Shown here piece after piece: positions 35,949 to 43,332 of a stretch of 51,432 bases of DNA. The stretch covers positions 1 to 51,432 of the forward strand of contig JBAYUW010000005.1 of assembly GCA_041674925.1 (NCBI GenBank), given 5' to 3'. The position numbers were made by a program, and so were the translations under genes. Origin of the DNA: Minisyncoccota bacterium. Its GTDB lineage: Bacteria > Patescibacteriota > Minisyncoccia > Phycocordibacterales > GWA1-40-21. Numbering within the stretch: position 1 is the stretch's first letter; every line of letters begins with the position of its first letter. The notes under the pieces were generated by a model. The model made no database searches and was not told the DNA's origin. It saw only the letters and a program-made list of their open reading frames with translations.

Positions 35949-38555
35949 ATGAAATTTAAATTTTCCAAAAACTTAGATTATCAGTTGGACGCCATTGATG
36001 CGGTGGTGGGGATTTTTGATACTGGGAAAAATATTGCAAAAAAAGAAAGTGGTTTTGTCCTGCAGAATGCTAGAGCGATCATTGCAAATGAGTTGGAGGT
36101 CGATAGTGATAGGGTTTTAAGAAATGTGCGGGCTTTGCAGGAACAAAATAAAATAGAGCCAAAGGTAGATAAAATAGAATCTTTGGATTTTTCTGTGGAA
36201 ATGGAAACTGGTACCGGTAAAACCTATGTTTATTTAAGAACTGTTTTGGAATTAAATAATAAGTATGGTTTAAAGAAATTTATTATTCTTGTACCGTCGG
36301 TAGCTATCCGTGAAGGGGTGCTTAAAACTATTGAGCAAACCAAGGATCATTTCAGAGAAATATACAATACTAATTTTGGGTATTTTGCTTATGACTCAGA
36401 TAAACTTTCCCAAGTTCGGGATTATATTCAGTCAAATGATATACAGATCATGATAATGACCGTTCAATCATTTAGAACAGATACAAATATACTTCGCACA
36501 AGCCCAGATCGTTTTAATGGTGAAAAACCCATTAATTTAATTGCTGAAATTAGACCCGTGGTAATAATGGATGAACCACAAAATATGGAAGCCGATCAAA
36601 CAAGAGAAGCTATAGAATTATTAAAACCTCTTTTCAAACTTCGCTATAGTGCTACTCACAGAGAAATACATAACCTTGTATATAAATTGACTCCAGTGGA
36701 GGCCTATAGGAGAGGTCTAGTAAAGAAAATATCTGTTTTTGGGGTAAAGGAGGACAATGCCGGAGTTTTTCTTTTTAAGGTTAAGGAAATAACAACTAAG
36801 AAAGGAGAAAATCCAAAAGCAAAGGTTTTGATTGAGGTTAAAAAAGCCGATGGAACTTATGAACAGAAAGAAGTAAATCTTCAGGCTGGAAAGGATTTAT
36901 ATAGAGAATCAAAAAAGAATGATAAGTATGAGGGTTTATTGGTCCAAGATATAGATGCAAATCATAATAGAGTAGAACTTTCTGATGGAAAATATTACGA
37001 ACTTGATCAGGCTGATGAAAATAAGGAAGTAATATTTAGAACACAAATTAGGGAAACTATCAAAGCGCATTTTGATAAGCAAAAAGAGATAGGGGAAGAT
37101 GTAAAGGTACTTTCTCTTTTCTTTATAGATAGAGTTGATAATTATATTCATGAGGATTCTTTATTAAGAAATATTTTTAATGAAGAATTCGAAAAACTGC
37201 AGGGAAACTATGCAAAATTTAAAAATGTAGATGTTAAAACCGTTCACAAGGGTTATTTTGCTAGTAAGAAAGTTAAGGGGGAAATAGAGTATAAAGACAG
37301 TACGAGTGGGAGCTCAAAAGAAGATAGGGAGGCTTACGATTTGATCATGAAAAATAAAGAGCAACTATTATCTTTTGTGGAACCTGTATCTTTTATATTT
37401 TCTCACTCTGCCTTGAAAGAAGGTTGGGATAATCCGAATATTTTTCAAATCTGTACTTTACGAGAGACTAAATCTTTAATGAAGAAAAGGCAGGAGATAG
37501 GGCGTGGACTTCGATTGCCAGTTGATATAAATGGAACTAGAATTACTGATAATCCAGAAATCTCTGTTTTAACGGTTATTGCTAACTCTAGTTATGAGGA
37601 ATACGCTGGAGGCTTGCAACAAGAATTTGAAGAGGCTGGTTATAAAGGTCAGACAGATATTAGAAACGCTAAAGAAAAGAAGATTAAAGTAAAAACTACC
37701 AGATACTTGGACTCCGAAGAGTTTAAAGAATTATGGAAAAGAATTAGTAAGCGAACCAAGTTCAGTCTAGAAGTTTTGACCGATACATTAGTAAAGAGGG
37801 CGGTAGAGGAAATAAATAGATTAAATATTAAAAATATCACCGTGACGGTGGAAAAAGGTCAGATATATTTTGATAAAGAGGGAAATTTAAAAAATATTCG
37901 CCAAGCAAGTTCTTCTGGTTATAAAATAAGTAAAAAGGCTAATTTGCCAAATATTGTTTATCGAATTTCTAAGGAGGTGGGGATTACTCGAGGGACTGTT
38001 TATAGTATCTTGTCTCAAATAGAAAATATGGATTTGATCTTTGATAATACCGAAGAATTTATCAGAAGTATTATTTTAATTATAAAGACAGAATTGAATA
38101 ATTTATTAGTGAATGATGGTCTGAAATATATTCCTACAGGAGATTCCTGGGAAATTAAACTTTTATTTAGTGATTTTGAAGCTTTACCTAGTAAAACCGT
38201 AAAAAGTGATCGGTCAGTGTTTGATAGGGTGGTCTTTGACAGTAAAGGTGAAGAGGACTTTGCTGTTAGTCTCGAGAATAGTCGGAACGTAAAAGTTTAT
38301 ACAAAACTTCCGAGAGGTTTTGAGGTGGATACACCGCTAGGTAAATACATTCCAGATTGGGCTATAGTTTGGAATACTGATGAAGGTGATAAACTTTATT
38401 TGGTAAGAGAAACAAAGTTTGAGTATAATAATTTAGATCATGAACTGACCTGGGAAGAAAATAATAAAATAAAGTGTGCGGAAAAGCATTTCAATACTAT
38501 TAGAGTAGATTATAAAATATGTGAAGCAAAAGATTTAAAAGATTTATTAAAATAA
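35949..38555 (+). CDS. res: type III restriction endonuclease Res subunit (SF2 helicase plus PD-(D/E)xK nuclease)
   Basis: METGTGKTYVY (motif I), VIMDEPQNM (motif II), YSATH (III), LKEGWDNPN (V), QEIGRGLRL (VI). C-terminal IPDWAIVW...LVRETKF nuclease motif. Confidence 0.9.
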   Translation: MKFKFSKNLDYQLDAIDAVVGIFDTGKNIAKKESGFVLQNARAIIANELEVDSDRVLRNVRALQEQNKIEPKVDKIESLDFSVEMETGTGKTYVYLRTVLELNNKYGLKKFIILVPSVAIREGVLKTIEQTKDHFREIYNTNFGYFAYDSDKLSQVRDYIQSNDIQIMIMTVQSFRTDTNILRTSPDRFNGEKPINLIAEIRPVVIMDEPQNMEADQTREAIELLKPLFKLRYSATHREIHNLVYKLTPVEAYRRGLVKKISVFGVKEDNAGVFLFKVKEITTKKGENPKAKVLIEVKKADGTYEQKEVNLQAGKDLYRESKKNDKYEGLLVQDIDANHNRVELSDGKYYELDQADENKEVIFRTQIRETIKAHFDKQKEIGEDVKVLSLFFIDRVDNYIHEDSLLRNIFNEEFEKLQGNYAKFKNVDVKTVHKGYFASKKVKGEIEYKDSTSGSSKEDREAYDLIMKNKEQLLSFVEPVSFIFSHSALKEGWDNPNIFQICTLRETKSLMKKRQEIGRGLRLPVDINGTRITDNPEISVLTVIANSSYEEYAGGLQQEFEEAGYKGQTDIRNAKEKKIKVKTTRYLDSEEFKELWKRISKRTKFSLEVLTDTLVKRAVEEINRLNIKNITVTVEKGQIYFDKEGNLKNIRQASSSGYKISKKANLPNIVYRISKEVGITRGTVYSILSQIENMDLIFDNTEEFIRSIILIIKTELNNLLVNDGLKYIPTGDSWEIKLLFSDFEALPSKTVKSDRSVFDRVVFDSKGEEDFAVSLENSRNVKVYTKLPRGFEVDTPLGKYIPDWAIVWNTDEGDKLYLVRETKFEYNNLDHELTWEENNKIKCAEKHFNTIRVDYKICEAKDLKDLLK

Positions 38556-38569
38556 TATTTAAAACACCC

Positions 38570-38869
38570 ATGCAAACTATCACCTTAATAATCATCGGAC
38601 TTGTCGCTATCGGATTTGGATATTGGCTGGGGAAAAGGGGGAGATTGGAGAAGCCTCGGGTGACACAAACCGAAGAGAAAAAACAGAATTTGGAGGCGAT
38701 AATGGGATTGATGGAGAGCGGGAATCAGCCTTTGACGAACTATCAGGTCGAGCAGATGCTTGGCATACCGGAATCGACAGTGACGAGGTATTTTGATGAG
38801 CTGGAGAAAGCAGGGAAGGTGCGTCAGGTGGGGACGACTGGGCAAGGGGTATTTTATGAGAAAATATAA
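38570..38869 (+). CDS. membrane-anchored winged-helix (MarR/ArsR-like HTH) small protein
   Basis: N-terminal TM helix TITLIIIGLVAIGFGYWLG, then LTNYQVEQMLGIPESTVTRYFDELEKAGKV. GC-rich, unlike the preceding R-M genes. Confidence 0.5.
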   Translation: MQTITLIIIGLVAIGFGYWLGKRGRLEKPRVTQTEEKKQNLEAIMGLMESGNQPLTNYQVEQMLGIPESTVTRYFDELEKAGKVRQVGTTGQGVFYEKI

Positions 38870-38879
38870 GGCTTAATCG

Positions 38880-38915
38880 GGAACGGCTCAACCCAAAGGT
38901 CCGTTGAGCCGTTCC
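38880..38915. repeat. right copy of the hairpin direct repeat flanking the R-M island
   Basis: GGAACGGCTCAAC-ccaaaggtcc-GTTGAGCCGTTCC. The core matches 31074..31105 at 31 of 32 positions. Confidence 0.85.
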
Positions 38916-38925
38916 TAAAATATCT

Positions 38926-41900
38926 TTACCCCAACTCCTTTACCTTATCCACGATCAAACTGACCTCGCCATTGCGTAGGGAGATTTTGCCTTTGACGGC
39001 GACGGCTTTGTCTTTGACTAAAATATTTTTAAATTCAGTCATGGTGCGGGGGAAAACTACGGTTTCCAAAGTATCGTTGAAATCTGATAATTTTAAGAAA
39101 GCCATATTGTCGCCTTTTTTGGTCACGATGGCGCGGATGTCTTCAATCATTCCCGCCACCACGCATTCTTTACCTTCTTTTGGATCAGTTTTAACTTGGC
39201 TGATTTTATAATTTTTTTCTTCAATGATCTTTCTAAATTTATCTAAAGGATGGCCAGACAAATACAAACCGAGTAGTTCTCTTTCCCAATTCAATTTCTC
39301 GGTGGCGGTGGCCGGTGGGGCGTCTTGCAGTTTAAAATTATTGACATCAGTATTTAGGCCGGGGACATAGGCACCAAATAGAGAGTCCTGATTTTCACTT
39401 TGCTGGCCTGCTTCTCTGGAATAAGTCAGCATATTTTCGACATTGGCCATCATAACTCCACGTTCGCCGAATTCATCGAGAGCGCCGACTTTGATTAGGG
39501 CTTCGAGAGATTTTTTATTTAAGTTTTTGTCTTTGATTCTGGTCAAGAAATTTGAGAGATCTTTGAACTTACCATTCTTTTTTCTTTCTTCAATAATAGT
39601 ATTAGCAATTCCTTCACCAAAGTTTTTAATTGTAGTTAATCCAAATCTGATGGTGTCGTTCTTCTCCCCCTCTCCTTGTTTAAGGAGAGGGGTTAGGGGT
39701 GAGGTTGTCACCACTGTAAAATCCTGAAAACTTTCATTCACATTTGGTGGCAAGACGGGAATGTTCATGCGTTTACAATCACCGATAAATTCAGCAATTT
39801 TTTCGACATCACCAGCATCAGCTGTCAGCACGCAGGCCATATAAATCGCGGGGAAATTAGCCTTCATATAAGCGGTTTGATAAGCCACTCGGCCATAGCT
39901 GGCGGCATGAGCTTTGTTGAATCCATAAGCGGCAAATGGTTCGATCAAGGCCCACAGTTCATCAGCTTTCTCCTGACTCATCCCCTTTTTAATCAGACCT
40001 TCTTTTAGTTTTTCTTTTTGCGCTTCCATTTCTTTCGGAATTTTTTTACCCATCGCTTTGCGCAACTTGTCGGCTTCGAGCCAAGAATAGCCGGCCAGAT
40101 GAATCGCGATGAGCATGACATCGTCTTGATAGGTGATCACACCGAAAGACTGCGACAAAATATCTTTCATTCGTGGATCGAGAAAACGAATAGTCCGCGA
40201 ATTATGTTTTCTTTTAATATATTCTGGAATGGATTCGATCGGTCCTGGGCGATACAAAGCCACCATCGCATTGATATCGTGAATCGTCGAAGGTTTCAGA
40301 TCTTTTAAATATTTAGTCATACCCTGGCCGTTCAATTGAAACAAACCGGTTGTCTCACCTCTAGCCAATAGGTCGAAAGTTTTTTGATCATTAATCGGAA
40401 TATTTTCAATATCAATTTCTTGACCCTCAATTTTTTTTGCTAAAGCTACGGCATTGGAAAGGATCGCTAGGTTTTTAATTCCCAAAAAGTCGAATTTTAA
40501 TAAACCGGCGTCTTCGATCGCATGCATATCGTATTGAGTAATAATTTTTTCTTCACCTTTGGTATCAAACTGCAAAGGAGTAAAATCGGTCAGTGGTCGA
40601 GGGGCCATCACCACACCAGCGGCATGAACCGAAATATGTCGAGCACAACCTTCAATCTTTTTCGCCATATCAATAATGATTTTCACATCGGCTTCTTTGT
40701 TATACATTTCTTGAAGCTCCTTGGTTTCTTTCAAAGCTCGATCGATAGTCATCGGAAAACCTTGCGCTCCCATCGGAATTAATTTAGAAATGCGATCACC
40801 GAGAGTGTAAGGATAGCCCATGGCTCGCGCCACATCTTTGACCGAACCGCGCGCCATCATGGTTCCAAAAGTACCGATTTGGGCCACTTTATCTGCGCCG
40901 TATTTTTTCTTGGCATACTCAATCACTTCATCACGGCGATTATCGGCATAGTCCATATCAATATCGGGAGCGGAAGGTCTTTCGGGATTCAAAAATCTTT
41001 CGAAGGGGAGTTTATAATCAATCGGATCGACGTTGGTAATTTTGGTTAAATAAGTCGTGAGCGAACCGGCGACCGACCCTCTGATGTTTGTCAAAATTTT
41101 ATTTTCATGAGCAAAGCGCAAAAGGTCAGCCACCACCAAGAAATACGGCGAATAGCCTTTATCTTTAATCACTTTCAATTCATACTCTAATCGATCAACA
41201 TATTCTTTCGTTTGCTCCAGATTTCTTTTGGCAAAACCTTCATAAGCTAATCTCTTTAATTCTTCATCTGGCGTCAAACCGCTAATCACTTTAAAATCAG
41301 GAAACACCCATGAACCCAATTCTAATTCTAATTCGCACATTTCAGCAATCTTCAATGTGTTTTCTAAGGCTTCTGGCGTGTCTCTGAAAAGTTCTTCGGC
41401 TTTTTCGGAAGTGATAAAAGAAAAATCTTCTTCGTTACTGTCAGAATTTCGATCTGAGAAATCGCTGTTCGTATTCACCAACAATAAAGTGTCCCGAGCT
41501 TTTTTATCTTCCTGATGTAAATAATACACGTCATGGGCCGCGACCAGTGGCGTATTAGTTTCTTTTCCTAAAGCGATAACTTTTTTCATCAGTTCTTCAT
41601 GGCCTTCGATTTCAGGATGGTGGGTGAGTTCCAAGAAAAAGTTTTTTTCGCCATACACTTCCTTATACCAAGCGACCAATCTTTTCGCTTCAGCCACGTC
41701 GCCGTTTTTTAAAGCTTGGCTGGTGGCCCCAGAAAAAGACGGTGAAATGCAAATCAAACCGAATTTATGTTTTTCGATCAGTTCTTTATCAATGCGGGGT
41801 TTATAGTAAAAGCCTTCGAGGTTGGCGAAAGTGACAAGTTTAATTAAATTTTTATAACCGTCCAAATCGCGGGCTAAAAGAATTAAACGCGATCGGCGAT

Positions 41901-42150
41901 TGTCCACTCCGCCTTGTTTATCATTTCGCGTGCGAGCCGCGACATACATATCGGCGCCGATGATCGGCTTGATCTCATTTTTTTTGCATGTTTTGTAAAA
42001 CTCAATCGCGCCGTATAAATTGGCATTGTCAGTTAAAGCCAAAGCCGGCATGCCATTTTTCTTGGCTTCTTTTATCAAGTCATCAATTTTTGGTAGGGCA
42101 TTAAGCAGGGAATAATGCGAGTGGGTATGTAGATGCACAAATTTTGACAT
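38926..42150 (-). CDS. dnaE: DNA polymerase III alpha subunit
   Basis: PHP domain FVHLHTHSHYSLL, polymerase core (GLLKFDFLGI, FNKAHAASY), OB fold at the C-terminus. Start taken at ATG 42150 (MSKFVHLH); the TTG-extended ORF to 42246 runs through a terminator hairpin. Confidence 0.95.
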   Translation of the reverse strand: MSKFVHLHTHSHYSLLNALPKIDDLIKEAKKNGMPALALTDNANLYGAIEFYKTCKKNEIKPIIGADMYVAARTRNDKQGGVDNRRSRLILLARDLDGYKNLIKLVTFANLEGFYYKPRIDKELIEKHKFGLICISPSFSGATSQALKNGDVAEAKRLVAWYKEVYGEKNFFLELTHHPEIEGHEELMKKVIALGKETNTPLVAAHDVYYLHQEDKKARDTLLLVNTNSDFSDRNSDSNEEDFSFITSEKAEELFRDTPEALENTLKIAEMCELELELGSWVFPDFKVISGLTPDEELKRLAYEGFAKRNLEQTKEYVDRLEYELKVIKDKGYSPYFLVVADLLRFAHENKILTNIRGSVAGSLTTYLTKITNVDPIDYKLPFERFLNPERPSAPDIDMDYADNRRDEVIEYAKKKYGADKVAQIGTFGTMMARGSVKDVARAMGYPYTLGDRISKLIPMGAQGFPMTIDRALKETKELQEMYNKEADVKIIIDMAKKIEGCARHISVHAAGVVMAPRPLTDFTPLQFDTKGEEKIITQYDMHAIEDAGLLKFDFLGIKNLAILSNAVALAKKIEGQEIDIENIPINDQKTFDLLARGETTGLFQLNGQGMTKYLKDLKPSTIHDINAMVALYRPGPIESIPEYIKRKHNSRTIRFLDPRMKDILSQSFGVITYQDDVMLIAIHLAGYSWLEADKLRKAMGKKIPKEMEAQKEKLKEGLIKKGMSQEKADELWALIEPFAAYGFNKAHAASYGRVAYQTAYMKANFPAIYMACVLTADAGDVEKIAEFIGDCKRMNIPVLPPNVNESFQDFTVVTTSPLTPLLKQGEGEKNDTIRFGLTTIKNFGEGIANTIIEERKKNGKFKDLSNFLTRIKDKNLNKKSLEALIKVGALDEFGERGVMMANVENMLTYSREAGQQSENQDSLFGAYVPGLNTDVNNFKLQDAPPATATEKLNWERELLGLYLSGHPLDKFRKIIEEKNYKISQVKTDPKEGKECVVAGMIEDIRAIVTKKGDNMAFLKLSDFNDTLETVVFPRTMTEFKNILVKDKAVAVKGKISLRNGEVSLIVDKVKELG
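39667..39705. repeat. palindromic repeat element inserted in frame in dnaE
   Basis: CCCCTCTCCTT-gttt-AAGGAGAGGGG followed by ...GGGTGAGGT. It encodes TTSPLTPLLKQGEGEK inside the DnaE sequence FQDFTVV...IRFGLTTIKNFG. Confidence 0.8.
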
Positions 42151-42202
42151 AAAAGCATTATAACTTTTTTTAGATAAATCCCAAACATTGACAAAATTAT
42201 AG

Positions 42203-42230
42203 CCCGGCGAGTCGTTGTTGACTCGCCGGG
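42203..42230 (-). terminator. hairpin terminator after the 127-aa ORF
   Basis: CCCGGCGAGTC-N6-GACTCGCCGGG, a perfect 11-bp stem. The minus-strand downstream tract CTATAATTTT is only a weak U-run. Confidence 0.5.
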
Positions 42231-42249
42231 CCGCAGGCCACGCCAAGTG

Positions 42250-42633
42250 TTAGAACTTGTCTACGTGGAATGCCCCGCCTCGGTAAGGCTTACACCAGAC
42301 TGAGGGGCGTCCGACACGACGGTGAAGAGACTTGAAGTGGCGCTCAAACTGACGTCTGATATCGTCGATCAAAGCCTCCTGAACCTCGACAGATGGGTCA
42401 AAGATACCCTTGCCATACTCGTCGGTCCCTGCGGTGTATCGGATCTCAATCTGGATTTGCGCTTCGCCTTTCGTCCGCGCGGCGTGTATGACAGTCGTCG
42501 CAATGTCTTGCTCTTCAACGATGTCAAATCGTTTCGAGACACACAGTCCCACCCTTTCGAGAAAGGCGTCGATTTCCAACTCGGTGCATTCTCTCTGGGC
42601 TTCTTTGCCAATAATGGCATATACTTGTGGCAT
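42250..42633 (-). CDS. hypothetical protein (GC-rich islet), possibly tautomerase-superfamily-like
   Basis: SD AGGAGG 6 nt upstream of the ATG. N-terminal MPQVYAIIGKEAQ... (Met-Pro followed by a beta strand) and a second IQIEIRYTAG segment are reminiscent of tandem beta-alpha-beta tautomerase units. This is a weak visual impression only. Confidence 0.45.
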   Translation of the reverse strand: MPQVYAIIGKEAQRECTELEIDAFLERVGLCVSKRFDIVEEQDIATTVIHAARTKGEAQIQIEIRYTAGTDEYGKGIFDPSVEVQEALIDDIRRQFERHFKSLHRRVGRPSVWCKPYRGGAFHVDKF

Positions 42634-42795
42634 CGTAACCTCCTGTTTGTTGTTCTGACACTGTATTTCGAGATACTAAATCTGTTACCAGTATACACCC
42701 ATATACATATTTTGTCAAGGTTTAATGTATATTACATTTTATCCACAACCGACCAGTCGCTTTTCTTCATCATTCTATGCTAGGATACCGCCGCG

Positions 42796-43236
42796 ATGAT
42801 AAAAGATTTTGATAAATGGAACGAGAAGAAGAAAAGTATTCATTGGACTAACCAACCCACAATTTTTCATGAACGAGAAATTTGGTGGTGTGCCCTTGGA
42901 GTCAATATTGGATTTGAGGAAGATGGCAAGAACGAAAATTTTGAAAGACCTGTTTTAATAATCAAAAAGTTTAATAGACACGTTGCCTGGATTATACCCT
43001 TAACGACTCAAAAACATAATGATGTTTTTCATTATCAACTTAAAACCAGTAAAACTTTTATCATCTTATCGCAACAAACATCGATCAGTTCAAAGAGATT
43101 AGTGCGTTTTATTGAGAAAATTTCCGAAGATGAAATTCTATTCATTTTTGAACTACTAAAAAGTTTTTATACTTTGAAACACATTTCTACAAAAAGCGAT
43201 TCCCGCCCTTTTGGGGCGGGATCTCCGTTGGCCTAA
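42796..43236 (+). CDS. PemK/MazF-family toxin-like protein, no adjacent antitoxin recognised
   Basis: REIWWCALGVNIGFEEDGKNENFERPVLIIKKF...WIIPLTTQ matches the MazF/PemK core (G.E..G..RP.L.I...PLT). Confidence 0.6.
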   Translation: MIKDFDKWNEKKKSIHWTNQPTIFHEREIWWCALGVNIGFEEDGKNENFERPVLIIKKFNRHVAWIIPLTTQKHNDVFHYQLKTSKTFIILSQQTSISSKRLVRFIEKISEDEILFIFELLKSFYTLKHISTKSDSRPFGAGSPLA

Positions 43237-43332
43237 CGGCCATTTATGAATCAAGTATATATCAATCAACACAAAAGTCAAAGCGATAAAAGTGGATAAC
43301 TTTAATACAAAAATTAAGCTATAATACCAACC

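Noticed and set aside
38585-38891. Two minus-strand ORFs (86 and 94 aa) opposite the winged-helix gene
   Set aside because: These are open antisense frames typical of GC-rich coding DNA. The plus-strand product has a coherent TM plus HTH architecture.
42151-42246. N-terminal extension of dnaE from TTG at 42246
   Set aside because: The extension is GC-rich, runs through the 11-bp terminator hairpin of the upstream gene and is not DnaE-like. ATG 42150 is followed by the conserved FVHLHTHSHYSLL and preceded by TATAAT-N6.
42322-42783. Several overlapping ORFs (42322..42783 and 42410..42658 on the plus strand; 42369..42698 and 42524..42718 on the minus strand) around the 127-aa gene
   Set aside because: Only 42250..42633 (minus strand) has a strong SD (AGGAGG), an ATG start and a downstream hairpin. 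The others are alternative frames of the same GC-rich patch.
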